A DNA stretch of 64,000 bases from an uncultured delta proteobacterium. Lineage in GTDB: Bacteria > Myxococcota_A > Polyangia > Polyangiales > JAFGIB01. The stretch lies in contig CAVZVA010000011.1 of NCBI GenBank assembly GCA_963778655.1, forward strand, positions 480,001 to 544,000, written 5' to 3'. Shown here in pieces: positions 1-10,194 of this stretch (positions are counted from its first letter, which is position 1; each line of letters opens with the position of its first letter). Position numbers and translations under genes: made by a program. The notes beneath the pieces are model-generated. The model was not told where the DNA came from, made no database searches, and saw only the letters and a list, made by a program, of their open reading frames with translations.

Positions 1-184
1 CTCGCGGTCGAAGGCGAGCTGCGCGGCGTCCGGCAGGGGCATCGGAGCTGTCCTATCATGCCCCAGCCCCCGGCACAGCGGCCGCGCGCGCAGGGCGATC
101 GGCGCCGAACGGGGAGCGGGCGCGCCTCGGGACTGGCGCGCGGGCGCGCGAGCGACTAGGCTCGCCGCGCCCGGGCACCGCACC

Positions 185-436
185 ATGCAGCGCAGCGACA
201 TCATCCGTGCGATCCAGCAGTACGCCCACGAGATCACGGAGCGCGAGTTCCCGCCCTTCAGCGAGACGCTGGTGATCGCCGAGCTCGGCATGGACTCGCT
301 CAGCACGCTGGAGATGGTCGGGATGATCGAGCGCGAGCTGAGCGTCCACCTGCCGACCGACGAGCTGACCGACATCCACACCGTCGGCGAGCTCGCCGAC
401 CTGATCGAGCACAAGCTGCGGCTCGCTCAGCGGTAG
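185..436 (+). CDS. acyl carrier protein (phosphopantetheine-binding)
   Basis: 83 aa acidic protein with LGMDSL attachment motif and TVGEL C-terminal helix. Confidence 0.85.
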   Translation: MQRSDIIRAIQQYAHEITEREFPPFSETLVIAELGMDSLSTLEMVGMIERELSVHLPTDELTDIHTVGELADLIEHKLRLAQR

Positions 437-1542
437 AACCAGTCCAGCAGCTCGGCCGAGAACAGCACGTCGCCCTGCACCCGTAGCTCTCCGGTGCCGA
501 ACACCTCGTTGAAGCTGCGCAAGTTGCTGCTGGTCTCGAGCAGGACGCGCAGCGAGAGCGCCAGCGTGCAGCGCGCCGGCCGTCCGTCGCAGCCGGCGTC
601 CACCGCGCACGCGTCGTGGTCGATCACCAGACGGCGGCAGATCGTGTCCTGCGGAGCGCTGATCATATAGGCGACGATCGCGCTGCGGCCCGCGGCCAGC
701 GCGGGCAGGAAGCGCGTGCTCATCGCGTGCAGCACCGCGTCCACCACCGCTTCGGCGCCGCCGAGCTGCGCGATCAGCGCGGCGTCGTCGTAGGCTGCCA
801 CCCGCTCGCGCCATCCGGCCAGCGTGCGGTCCAGGTGCTGCCGCTGCGCGGGGGAGAAGCGCGCGGCCACGATCGTCTCGCGGCTGGGTCCGAGCATGCG
901 GCGAAACGCGGCGAAGCTCTGCGCGAGATAGGCGTCCGCGAGCATGCGGCCGAGCTCTGCGCGATCGTGAGCCCGGCCTTCCAGCAGAAGCTCGAGCGCC
1001 CACAGAAAGTCGTTCCAGAACAGATCGGCGAGCGCGCGTACCTCGCTCAGGTGCCGGCCTTCGACGCCCAGCTTGGCCGCGACGTTCCACAGCTCGGCGG
1101 CGAGCTCGTCGCGCATGCGGGCCATCGCCGGCCGCAGCGTCTGCCCCAGCGCGGATTGATCGAGCCTGTGGGCGAGCAGCAGCTCGACCAGCGGCCCCTG
1201 CTCCAGCCAGCGATCGAGCGTGGTCTCGAACAGCTGCGCCAGCGCCGTGCGATCGGCCAAGCTGCGCGCGAGCACGTCGCGCCGCAGCGCCCGGTCCATC
1301 GGCGCGAGCTTTTCCAGCACGCGACCCGCGACCACGGCCAGGCACTCCTCGAGCGTCTTGAAGTGCGCGTAGAACAGCGAGTGGTGCACGCCCACGCGCT
1401 TGGTGATGCGGCTGACCGAGACCGCGCCCATGCCCTCGAGCCGCAGCAGATCCAGGGTGGCCTGCAGCAAGCGCTCGCGCGTGCGCTCGCGCCGCTCGTC
1501 GTTGCGCGTGCGCGGCGCGGAGCCGGGCTGCTGAGGCGCCAT
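427..1542 (-). CDS. TetR-family regulator with C-terminal SCP2-like sterol/lipid-binding domain
   Basis: N-terminal RERLLQATLDLL...VSVSRITKRVGVHHSLFYAHF HTH; C-terminal 'FGTGELRVQGDV' SCP2-like end; start chosen at ATG 1542. Confidence 0.75.
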   Translation of the reverse strand: MAPQQPGSAPRTRNDERRERTRERLLQATLDLLRLEGMGAVSVSRITKRVGVHHSLFYAHFKTLEECLAVVAGRVLEKLAPMDRALRRDVLARSLADRTALAQLFETTLDRWLEQGPLVELLLAHRLDQSALGQTLRPAMARMRDELAAELWNVAAKLGVEGRHLSEVRALADLFWNDFLWALELLLEGRAHDRAELGRMLADAYLAQSFAAFRRMLGPSRETIVAARFSPAQRQHLDRTLAGWRERVAAYDDAALIAQLGGAEAVVDAVLHAMSTRFLPALAAGRSAIVAYMISAPQDTICRRLVIDHDACAVDAGCDGRPARCTLALSLRVLLETSSNLRSFNEVFGTGELRVQGDVLFSAELLDWFYR

Positions 1543-1749
1543 CGTGCCAGTATGCGCACGAAGCCGAGTATCTGCACACATACTGTGACTGCTTGGGTGC
1601 CGCACATCCGGGAAGGTCGCCCGAGCTGCGGCTCTTAGCCGGAAGGTTCGGCTCGAGGCGGGGAGCCACGTTCTGTGGGCGAATGGCGCAATGCTGCCCA
1701 GGCGCGGATTCGATGCGCTCAGTCAAACAGATGAACAACAGCTCGTGTT

Positions 1750-1777
1750 TTCATTTATCTGACTGTAACTAAATGAA
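1750..1777. promoter_or_regulatory. AT-rich inverted repeat, candidate operator between divergent TetR and vWA genes
   Basis: TTCATTTA-N12-TAAATGAA perfect 8-bp arms in an unusually AT-rich patch. Confidence 0.5.
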
Positions 1778-1890
1778 TAAGTAGCATGATTTGAAGATAT
1801 AGACACATTCTGTGAGCCACTCCACGCGCGGACGTGTACAACGGGGGAAGACGCCTTGGGCATGCCCCGAGAGGGGCGTAGGAGCTCGGC

Positions 1891-3405
1891 TTGAATCGGA
1901 ATCGCACCACCGGGACCGCGGGTGCACGGGCGCAGCCTACGAGCGGGCCGCGACTTGGCTGGCTCGCCCTGGGTCTGCTCTGCGCCTGCAGCGCGAGCAG
2001 CGGCAACGGCGGTCGCACGGAGATGACCGCCGGAACGGGTGGCGGCGGCGGCCGCGGCGCCGGCACGGCCAGCTCGGCGCCCGCGTCGAGCCCGGGCACG
2101 AGCGCCGGGCCGAGCTGCACCCCCGGCGAGCGCACCAGCTGCTACTGCCCCGACGGCACACAGAGCGGCAGCCAGAGCTGCCTCGCGGGCGGCGTGCTCG
2201 GCGCGTGCACCGGCTGCAAGACGCAGCTCGCGAGCACGCCCACCGGCGCCACCCAGCCGAGCGCCGAGCCGGTGCGCGACGGCGCGCTGTGCGCGAAGCT
2301 CAAGGGCCAGATCGGCTGCACCGACCAGAGCTTTCAATCGCAAAAGCTGCCGCCGAGCATCCTGTTTCTGCTCGACCGCAGCGGCAGCATGATGTGCAAC
2401 GCGCCCGAAGCAGGGCAGAGCAGCGAGGACTGCAACGCCAAGGCGCAAACGCTGTTCTTCGACCAGCCGACCAAGTGGGCGATCACCACTTCGGCGCTCG
2501 AGAGCATGCTGATGAAGCTGGTCGACAGCGGCGCGAGCGCCGCCTTGAGCTTCTTCAGCAACGACGACGTGTGCGGCGTCAGCTCCACACCGGCGGTCGC
2601 GCTCGCCAAGGTGGACGCGAGCCAGGTCTCGGCGATGACCGCGGCGCTCGCGGCGACCAACCCCAGCGGCGGCACGCCAATCGTGGGCGCGACCATCCTG
2701 GCCTATGACCACCTGTACGAGGAAGCCGGGCTGGATGCGAGCGGCGGTTGTGCGCAGCCGCCCTGCGGCGCTCCGGGCAACCGCTTCGTGGTGCTGATCA
2801 CCGACGGCGCCGACTCGTGCCCGATGGAGCCACTGCAGGGCGCGTGCGGCGGCGAGGCCTGCACCGACTTCCTGCTCGACCACGCGGTCTCCGAAGCGCG
2901 CGGCGTCAACATCCGCACCTTCGTGATCGGCGTGCCCGGCAGCGAGCCGGCGCGCGGCTTTCTGTCCGAGCTCGCGCTGCGCGGCGGCACCGCCAAGAAC
3001 GGCGGCAACTGCGCGGCCGATCGCCACGCGCAGAGCGGCGACTGCCACTTCGACATGACCACCAGCAGCGACCTGGCCTCGGACCTGAGCGCGGCGCTGG
3101 ACGCGATCAGCGGGGCCGCGCTGAGCTGCGAGTTCCCGGTGCCGCAGGTCCCCGACCGCGCGCCGAGCAAGAACGTCAACGTGCAGTACCGCCCGGGTGG
3201 GGACGGCGACCCGGTGTGTCTGGCCTACGACGAGCGGCCGTGCGACGGCGGCGCCGACGGCTGGCAATTCGCCAAGGACGCCGCGGGCCAGGACGACCTG
3301 TCGCGCGTCGTGTTGTGCGGGACGGCCTGCGACACGGTCAAGAGCGATCCGCACGTGCGCGTGGACGTGGTGCTCGGCTGCCAGGCGCTGACCAGCGTGG
3401 AGTGA
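1891..3405 (+). CDS. vWA-domain Cys-rich lipoprotein
   Basis: lipobox LLCAC; MIDAS motifs FLLDRSGSM, GGTP, VLITDG; start codon uncertain (TTG). Confidence 0.85.
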   Translation: MNRNRTTGTAGARAQPTSGPRLGWLALGLLCACSASSGNGGRTEMTAGTGGGGGRGAGTASSAPASSPGTSAGPSCTPGERTSCYCPDGTQSGSQSCLAGGVLGACTGCKTQLASTPTGATQPSAEPVRDGALCAKLKGQIGCTDQSFQSQKLPPSILFLLDRSGSMMCNAPEAGQSSEDCNAKAQTLFFDQPTKWAITTSALESMLMKLVDSGASAALSFFSNDDVCGVSSTPAVALAKVDASQVSAMTAALAATNPSGGTPIVGATILAYDHLYEEAGLDASGGCAQPPCGAPGNRFVVLITDGADSCPMEPLQGACGGEACTDFLLDHAVSEARGVNIRTFVIGVPGSEPARGFLSELALRGGTAKNGGNCAADRHAQSGDCHFDMTTSSDLASDLSAALDAISGAALSCEFPVPQVPDRAPSKNVNVQYRPGGDGDPVCLAYDERPCDGGADGWQFAKDAAGQDDLSRVVLCGTACDTVKSDPHVRVDVVLGCQALTSVE

Positions 3406-3417
3406 ATAGGAGGCGTA

Positions 3418-4290
3418 ATGCGCAGGCTGTGCTCGGTCTCGTGGTTGTGCCTGCTCGCAGCGTGCGCGGCCGACAGTCCCGACAGCGGCCGCAGCGCGGA
3501 CTCGCTACCGGCCGCGCACCACGGCTCCGCCACCAGCAGCGCGGGCGCGGGCGCGGCCTGCAGCCCGGCCAACCTCACGCGGGCGTGCCGGTGCGGCGCC
3601 GACCCGGGCCGCCAGGTGTGCAGCGCGGGCACATGGAGCGCGTGCGAATGCCTGGGCGGCGGCGCGGGCGCGGGCGGCGCGAGCGCCGGCGGGGCGCTCG
3701 CCACCGGCGGCGATCCTGTAGCCAACAAGCTGCCCGCCAGCTTCGACTGGCTGCGCACCAATCCCACCGCCGGCAGCTCCGACAGCTGCATGCCGGGCCA
3801 CTACGAGGGCATGCTCGACGGCGGCTACCAGAGCCCGGTTGCGTTCGAGGCGCCGGTGCCGATCGTCTCGATCGACGTGACCGGCAACCCGGGTCTGCAG
3901 CTCGACCTGGCGTCGAGCGGCAACGGCGAGCTGTTGACCGTCAGCGGCGGGCACGTCGATGGCACGGCGCTCGCGATCTTTCCCTTCCGCGTGGACTTCG
4001 CCGACGGCCAGCTCGACTGCAGCACCGGCAAGTTCCGCGCGAAGCTCGTCAACGGATCCTACGACGTGTTCTTCGGCCCCTTCATCCCCGGCCAGACCGA
4101 CACCTATTACTTCGAGGGCTACGCGGTCGCCGATTACGACGCGAGCACGCGCTCCTTCGTCAACGGCCGCTGGTCGGTTGCAGAAAACGGTGAGATGCCG
4201 CCCGCGATCGCGACCGACCAGGACCCGCCGGCGTTTCCGCCGGGTTTCTCCGGCGGCACCGGCACCTGGACCGCGAGCTTTGCCCACTGA
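3418..4290 (+). CDS. hypothetical Cys-rich lipoprotein
   Basis: RBS AGGAGG, lipobox LLAAC, Cys motif like that of upstream gene, GC3-biased codons. Confidence 0.75.
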   Translation: MRRLCSVSWLCLLAACAADSPDSGRSADSLPAAHHGSATSSAGAGAACSPANLTRACRCGADPGRQVCSAGTWSACECLGGGAGAGGASAGGALATGGDPVANKLPASFDWLRTNPTAGSSDSCMPGHYEGMLDGGYQSPVAFEAPVPIVSIDVTGNPGLQLDLASSGNGELLTVSGGHVDGTALAIFPFRVDFADGQLDCSTGKFRAKLVNGSYDVFFGPFIPGQTDTYYFEGYAVADYDASTRSFVNGRWSVAENGEMPPAIATDQDPPAFPPGFSGGTGTWTASFAH

Positions 4291-4408
4291 GCCCGCAGCG
4301 AAGCCGCGGCAAGGGCCGAGACGCCAGCCCGCGGCACGGCTTGAGGTGGCGCAAGGGCTGCGCATGTAAGCCAAAGTCGGAGTTGCGTCCGCGCATGCCC
4401 GTGCATAC

Positions 4409-5152
4409 TTGGGCGACGTGTCGGTCTTCGCAAATGCGGCCGGCTTGCTGCAGGGCCTGGCGGCAGGCGCAGGCGCGGGCCTGCTGAGCGCACCGCACTG
4501 CGCCGCGATGTGCGGGCCGCTAGCCGGTGCCGTGTGTCAAGGCGGCGGCTCCGGACGCTCGGTGCCCCGCAGCCTGCGCTATCAGCTGGGACGCTTCGCC
4601 GGCTACACCTTCGCCGGAACGCTGGCCGGGCAGGCCGGCGAGGCGGTGGCTGCGCCGCTCGCGCGCCTGCTGCCGTGGTGGCTATTTCCGGGGCTGGTCG
4701 CGCTCGCGTTCGCACTGTGGGGCGTGCGTGTGCTGCGCGCGCGGCGCACGCCGCCCGCGGCCGTCCCGTCCGAGCGCCTGGTCGCGCTCGGACGCCGCCC
4801 GCGTCTCTTCGCGCTGCTGTTGCGGCTGCTGCCGCGCGAGCCGCTCGCGCTCGGGCTGGCCAGCGTGCTGTTGCCGTGCGGTGCGCTCGGCGCCGCGCTG
4901 GCGCTCGCAGCGCTCAGCGGCAGCGCGCAGCGCGGCGGCAGCGTGATGCTCGGCTTCGCGCTGAGCAGCGGCCTCGCGGTGCTGGGCGCGGGCTGGCTGC
5001 TGCGGCGCGCAGCTTCGATGCGAGGCGTGTGGCTGTCGCGCGTGGCGGCGCTGCTGTTGTTCGGCGCCGCAATCGCAACCCTGGCACGTCCCATCCTTGC
5101 GCACGCCAGCGCGCCGCCGTCCTCCCTTCAATCCCACCGCGCCTGTCACTGA
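4409..5152 (+). CDS. DsbD_2 / sulfite exporter TauE-like membrane protein (cbb3 biogenesis-associated)
   Basis: HCAAMCGP and LLPCG motifs, YQLGR, multiple TM segments; start uncertain. Confidence 0.8.
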   Translation: MGDVSVFANAAGLLQGLAAGAGAGLLSAPHCAAMCGPLAGAVCQGGGSGRSVPRSLRYQLGRFAGYTFAGTLAGQAGEAVAAPLARLLPWWLFPGLVALAFALWGVRVLRARRTPPAAVPSERLVALGRRPRLFALLLRLLPREPLALGLASVLLPCGALGAALALAALSGSAQRGGSVMLGFALSSGLAVLGAGWLLRRAASMRGVWLSRVAALLLFGAAIATLARPILAHASAPPSSLQSHRACH

Positions 5153-5189
5153 CGGCGCGGCACGAGTGTTGCCTAGCCCACGCACCGCA

Positions 5190-7649
5190 ATGCCCGCTTC
5201 GACGGAAACCTTCGGCGACGGCCGCTCGAGCACGCAACGCGAACGTGCGTCCGGCGATCGCGACGCAAGCCCTGCGCTGGCGCCGTGCCTGCACTGCGGA
5301 CAAGCGTTGCCGGCAGGCGCGGTGACGGGCGCGCACACGGGCTTCTGCTGCTTCGGGTGTCGCACCGTGTACCACGCGCTGCGCGCGGCGGGGCTGACGC
5401 GCTTCTATTCCCTGCGCGGCGCCGGCGCCGAGCCGGTCGGCGAGCTGCAGCTGGAGCGCCGCGATCTCGACTGGCTGCGCGATGCATGGCGGCAGGCGCC
5501 CGGGCAGGACGGCAGCCGCCGGCTCACGCTGCACGCGCAGGGCATTCGCTGTGCCGCCTGCGTGTGGCTGCTGGAGCAGTTGTTCGCGCGCCAGCCGGGA
5601 GGCCAGCAACTCCTGGTCAACCCGACGCTGGGCACGCTCGAGCTGTGTGCGCGCGCCGACTTCGACCTGCAGGCGTTCGGCGCCGAGGTCGAGCGCTTCG
5701 GTTACCTGCTCGGCCCCGATCGGCCGGAGCCCGAGGCCGAGGCGCGCGCGCGCGACACGCTGCTGCTGCGGCTCGGCGTGTGCGCGGCGCTGGCGGGCAA
5801 CTCGATGTTGTTCTCGGCGGCGATCTACCTCGGCCTGCGCCAGGGCCCGCTGTTTCAGCTCATGCACCGGCTGACTTTCGGCGCGGCCACGCTCGCGGTG
5901 CTGACCGGCGGGCCGGTGTTCTTCGGCTCGGCCTGGCAGGCGCTGCGCCGCGGCATCGCGCACCTGGACCTGCCGATCGCGGCCGGTATCGCGCTGAGCT
6001 ACACGGCGGCGAGCTGGGCCTTCTTGTCGGGGCGCCACGAGCTCGCCTATTTCGACTCGCTTTCGGTGTTCATCGCGCTGATGCTCGCCGGCCGCTACCT
6101 GCAGGAGCGCCTGCTGCTCAAGAACCGGCGCGAGCTGCTCGACGGCGACGAGATCGCGGCGCTGCGCTGTACGCGCCTGCAGGACGAGCGGGTGACGCGC
6201 GCCCGCTGCGGCGAGATCGCCGAGGGCGACCTGTTGCTGTTGGCGCCCGGCGAGCTGTTGGCGGTGGACGCAGAGCTGCTCGACGACGGCGCGAGCTGCT
6301 CGCTCGAGTGGATCAACGGCGAGCCCGAGCCGCGGCGCTTCGCGCGCGGCCAGGGGTTGCCGGCCGGCGCGTTCAACCTCGGCACGCGGGCGATCCGGGT
6401 GCGCGCGCGCAGCGACTTCGCGCGCTCGCCCCTGCTGCCGTTGCTGCGCGCCCCGCAGCGCGGTGCCGGCGACCCGCACGGCCTCGGCCGCTTCAGCCGC
6501 GCCTACGTGGTGGCAGTGGTGGGGCTGGCGGGCGGCGGGCTGCTCTATTGGGGCGCGCTGGCGGGTCGCTTCATCGAGGGGCTGTCGGTCGCCACCGCGG
6601 TGTGCGTGGTGACCTGCCCGTGCGCGATCGGCATCGCGATTCCGCTCGCGCACGATCTGGCGCACGCACGCCTGCGCCGCGCCGGGCTGTTCGTGCGCGA
6701 GGCGAGCTTCTTGCGGCGCGCGCTCGCAATCCGCCGCGTGGTCTTCGACAAGACCGGCACGCTCACCGAGGGACAGCTGTGCGTGCTGCAGCCCGCGGCG
6801 CTGCTCGCGCTGCCGCGCGCGCAGCTGCAGGATCTGTACGACTTGGTCGCGCGCAGCCTGCACCCGCGCAGCATCGCGGTGCGGCGGCTGCTGGACCAGC
6901 TCGAGCTGCGCTACCGGCCCGAGATCGAGGTGCACGAGCAGCTAGGCCGCGGGCTGCAGGCGCGGATCGAGGGACGCTGCCACCGGCTCGGTCAGGCGCG
7001 CTGGGCCTGCGAGCCCGCCGGCGCGGCCGCGAACGCGCAGCCTGCGGACGCGCTGGTGTACGCGGTCGACGGCCGCCCCGTGATCGCGCTCGCGATGCAG
7101 GAACGGGCGCGGACCGACGCCGGGGCAGAGCTGCGCGCGCTGCAGGCGGCCGGCTTCGAGACCTTCGTGCTCAGCGGCGATGCCGAGGAGCGGGTCGCGC
7201 GCATGGCCGCGGCGCTCGGCCTGCCGAAGGAGCGCGCGCTGGGCGGACAGTCGCCAGCCGACAAGGCCGCTTGGCTGCGGCAGCACGACCCCGAGCACAG
7301 CCTGATGATCGGCGACGGGATCAACGACGCGGCGGCCATGCAGGCGGCGTGCTGCTCCGGAACGCCGGCGATCGACCGCGGCCTGATCGCGGGCCGCACC
7401 GACTTCTACTTCACCAGCGCGGGCCTGTCCCCGATCCGCGAGGCGCTACGCACCGCGCGCACCCTGCAGCAGGTGCAGCGCGCCAACCTGGGCTTCGCGC
7501 TGCTGTACAACGCCGGCGCCGTGGCGCTGGCGCTGGGCGGGCTGATGCAGCCTTGGCTCGCGGCGATCGCGATGCCGGCCAGCTCGCTTGCGATCCTCGC
7601 CTACACCTCGCTGGCGCTGTCGCCCGGAGGCTCGCCGTGGAAGCGCTGA
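5190..7649 (+). CDS. ccoI: copper-translocating P1B ATPase CcoI/FixI
   Basis: CxHC..FCCxGC N-terminus, CAAC HMA motif, CPC, DKTGT, GDGIND; adjacent to cco genes. Confidence 0.9.
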   Translation: MPASTETFGDGRSSTQRERASGDRDASPALAPCLHCGQALPAGAVTGAHTGFCCFGCRTVYHALRAAGLTRFYSLRGAGAEPVGELQLERRDLDWLRDAWRQAPGQDGSRRLTLHAQGIRCAACVWLLEQLFARQPGGQQLLVNPTLGTLELCARADFDLQAFGAEVERFGYLLGPDRPEPEAEARARDTLLLRLGVCAALAGNSMLFSAAIYLGLRQGPLFQLMHRLTFGAATLAVLTGGPVFFGSAWQALRRGIAHLDLPIAAGIALSYTAASWAFLSGRHELAYFDSLSVFIALMLAGRYLQERLLLKNRRELLDGDEIAALRCTRLQDERVTRARCGEIAEGDLLLLAPGELLAVDAELLDDGASCSLEWINGEPEPRRFARGQGLPAGAFNLGTRAIRVRARSDFARSPLLPLLRAPQRGAGDPHGLGRFSRAYVVAVVGLAGGGLLYWGALAGRFIEGLSVATAVCVVTCPCAIGIAIPLAHDLAHARLRRAGLFVREASFLRRALAIRRVVFDKTGTLTEGQLCVLQPAALLALPRAQLQDLYDLVARSLHPRSIAVRRLLDQLELRYRPEIEVHEQLGRGLQARIEGRCHRLGQARWACEPAGAAANAQPADALVYAVDGRPVIALAMQERARTDAGAELRALQAAGFETFVLSGDAEERVARMAAALGLPKERALGGQSPADKAAWLRQHDPEHSLMIGDGINDAAAMQAACCSGTPAIDRGLIAGRTDFYFTSAGLSPIREALRTARTLQQVQRANLGFALLYNAGAVALALGGLMQPWLAAIAMPASSLAILAYTSLALSPGGSPWKR

Positions 7650-7879
7650 TCCTCACCATCTTCGTCAGCCTCTCGCTGGTCGGCGCCGCGCTGCTGCTGC
7701 TGGCCTGGACGCTGCACCAGCGCAGCCACGAGCACGGCGAGCGGCTCGCGCTGCTGCCGCTGTCCGAGGAGCAGTCGCAGCCGGCACGGGCACAGCCACA
7801 GGAGCCGCTGCCGGAGCCGCCCCAGGAGCAACGCGAAGTCGCCGCCGAGGAAAGGACCGACCGGACACCATGCAAATGA
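7637..7879 (+). CDS. ccoS: cbb3 oxidase maturation protein CcoS/FixS
   Basis: GGAGG + GTG start; single N-terminal TM 'EALILTIFVSLSLVGAALLLLAW' then 'ERLALLPL'; position between ccoI and ccoN. Confidence 0.75.
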   Translation: MEALILTIFVSLSLVGAALLLLAWTLHQRSHEHGERLALLPLSEEQSQPARAQPQEPLPEPPQEQREVAAEERTDRTPCK

Positions 7880-10194
7880 CTCGTATCACTTACGACGACG
7901 ACATCTCGCGCAAGTTCGCCGCCGCCACCATCGTGTGGGGCATCGTGGGCATGCTGGTCGGCGTCGTGATCGCGCTGCAGCTCGCCTTCTGGCAGGCGAA
8001 CCTGCCGCCCTACTTCAGCTTCGGGCGCCTGCGCCCGCTGCACACCAACGCCGTGATCTTCGCCTTCGTCGGCAACATGATGTTCGCCGGCGTCTACTAT
8101 TCGACCCAGCGCCTGCTCAAGGCGCGGCTGGCCTCGGACCTGCTCTCGCGCATCCACTTCTGGGGCTGGCAGGCGATCATCGTCGCGGCCGCGATCACGC
8201 TGCCGCTGGGCTTCACCCAGGGCAAGGAGTACGCCGAGCTGGACTGGCCGATCGACATCGCGATCGCGGTGATCTGGCTGGTGTTCGCGATCAACTTCTT
8301 CTGGACCGTGGCGCGGCGCAACGAGAAGCACCTGTACGTGGCGCTGTGGTTCTACATCTCGACGCTGATCGCGATCACCGTGCTGCACATCGTCAACAGC
8401 CTGGCGATCCCGGTCGGACCGCTCAAGAGCTACTCGATCTTCGGTGGCGTGCAGGACGCGTTGGTGCAGTGGTGGTACGGGCACAACGCGGTCGCCTTCT
8501 TCCTGACCACGCCGATCCTGGGCATCATGTACTACTTCCTGCCCAAGGCGGCCGAGCGCCCGATCTTCTCGTACCGGCTGAGCATCGTCCACTTCTGGTC
8601 GCTGGTGTTCCTCTACATCTGGGCGGGCCCGCACCACCTGCTCAACACCGCGCTGCCGGACTGGGCGCAGTCGCTCGGCATGGTGTTCAGCCTGATGCTG
8701 ATGGCGCCCAGCTGGGGCGGCATGCTCAACGGCCTGCTGACGCTGCGGGGAGCCTGGGACAAGCTGCGCGCCGACCCGGTGCTGAAGTTCTTCGCCGCGG
8801 CGCTGACCTTCTACGGCATGGCCACCTTCGAGGGCCCGATGCTCAGCATCAAGGCCGTCAGCAGCCTCTCCCACTACACCGACTGGATCATCGCGCACGT
8901 GCACGGCGGCGCGCTGGGCTGGAACGGGTTCATGGCCGCGGGCATGCTGTACTGGATGGTGCCGCGGCTGTATGGCACCAAGCTCTACTCGCGCGCGGCC
9001 GCCGAGCTCCACTTCTACATGGGCACGGTCGGCATCCTGCTGTACGTGGTCTCGATGTGGACCTCGGGCATCACCCAGGGTCTGATGTGGCGCGCCGAGA
9101 ACGAGACCGGGGGGCTGCTCTATCCGAACTTCGTGGAGACGCTGCTGGCGATCCGCGCGATGTACTGGACGCGTCTGGTTGGCGGCAGCCTCTACCTGTG
9201 CGGCTTCCTGCTGCTGGCGTGGAACCTGTGGATGACCGCGCGCCAGGGCGTGGCGACCGACGGCAGCGTGGAGGTCGCGCTGGCGGAGAAGCCCGTGCAG
9301 GAGCCGGGCGCGCTGGCGATCCTCACCGGACGCCCGGTGCTGCTCGCGCTGGGCGTGGGCGGGCTGCTCGGCGCGAGCGCGTTCTTCGGCGCGGCCGGCA
9401 CCACGCTGCTGGTCATCGCGGCGCTGTTCGTGGCGATCACCGCGGGCGTGCTGATGTTCGGCGGCGAGGGCGAGGGCGCGGCGCAGAGCGCGCGCTGGCA
9501 CCGCTTGGTCGAGGGACGCGCGCTGCCCTTCACCGCGCTGACGATCGCCGCGGTGCTGGCCGGCGGCGTCGCCGAGATCGTGCCCACTGTGATCACCGGC
9601 ACCGAGAAGCTCGCGACCACGCGCAACGTGCCCTACAAGCCGCTCGAGCTGGAAGGTCGCGACGTGTTCCTCAAGGAGGGCTGCTACAACTGCCACTCCC
9701 AGATGATCCGTCCCTTCACCTGGGAGACGGCGCGCTACGGCGCGGTCTCGACCGAGGACGACTCGATCTACGATCACCCCTTCCAGTGGGGCTCCAAGCG
9801 CACCGGGCCGGACCTGGCACGCGTGGGCGGGCGCTACTCCAACCTCTGGCACTACAAGCACCTGCTCGACCCGCGCTCGATCTCGCCAGGCTCCAACATG
9901 CCGCCGTTCGCGCACCTGGCGCGCACGCGCATCGACTTCGGCGGCACCGCCGACAAGCTGCGCGCGATGCGCACGGTGGGCGTGCCCTACCGCCCGGAGC
10001 AGATCGCCTCGGCGGCCAAGGAAGCCCAGGCGATGGGCGAGCAGATCAGCGCCGACCTGCGCGCCGAGGGCGGCGTGCGCGTCGCCCCCAACAGCGAGAT
10101 GGTGGCATTGATCGCCTACCTGCAGCGCCTCGGCCGCGTGCCCAGCACGCCGGCCGCGCCGCAAGTCAGCCAGCCCAAAAGGAAGACGCCATGA
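7870..10194 (+). CDS. ccoN: cbb3-type cytochrome c oxidase fused subunits I and II (CcoN-CcoO)
   Basis: FGRLRPLHTN, QWWYGHNAV, WAGPHHL, HVH; C-terminal EGCYNCHSQMIRP and WGSKRTGPDL of CcoO in the same frame. Confidence 0.97.
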   Translation: MQMTRITYDDDISRKFAAATIVWGIVGMLVGVVIALQLAFWQANLPPYFSFGRLRPLHTNAVIFAFVGNMMFAGVYYSTQRLLKARLASDLLSRIHFWGWQAIIVAAAITLPLGFTQGKEYAELDWPIDIAIAVIWLVFAINFFWTVARRNEKHLYVALWFYISTLIAITVLHIVNSLAIPVGPLKSYSIFGGVQDALVQWWYGHNAVAFFLTTPILGIMYYFLPKAAERPIFSYRLSIVHFWSLVFLYIWAGPHHLLNTALPDWAQSLGMVFSLMLMAPSWGGMLNGLLTLRGAWDKLRADPVLKFFAAALTFYGMATFEGPMLSIKAVSSLSHYTDWIIAHVHGGALGWNGFMAAGMLYWMVPRLYGTKLYSRAAAELHFYMGTVGILLYVVSMWTSGITQGLMWRAENETGGLLYPNFVETLLAIRAMYWTRLVGGSLYLCGFLLLAWNLWMTARQGVATDGSVEVALAEKPVQEPGALAILTGRPVLLALGVGGLLGASAFFGAAGTTLLVIAALFVAITAGVLMFGGEGEGAAQSARWHRLVEGRALPFTALTIAAVLAGGVAEIVPTVITGTEKLATTRNVPYKPLELEGRDVFLKEGCYNCHSQMIRPFTWETARYGAVSTEDDSIYDHPFQWGSKRTGPDLARVGGRYSNLWHYKHLLDPRSISPGSNMPPFAHLARTRIDFGGTADKLRAMRTVGVPYRPEQIASAAKEAQAMGEQISADLRAEGGVRVAPNSEMVALIAYLQRLGRVPSTPAAPQVSQPKRKTP

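Noticed and set aside
1..42. Possible minus-strand gene start (MPLPDAAQLAFDRE) running off the window
   Set aside because: Only 14 codons visible; cannot be supported or identified
7411..10164. Long antisense/alternate-frame ORFs (also 38112-40865, 47976-50582, 52122-54704, 22741-24717 etc.)
   Set aside because: Typical high-GC shadow ORFs overlapping well-supported genes, with no motifs
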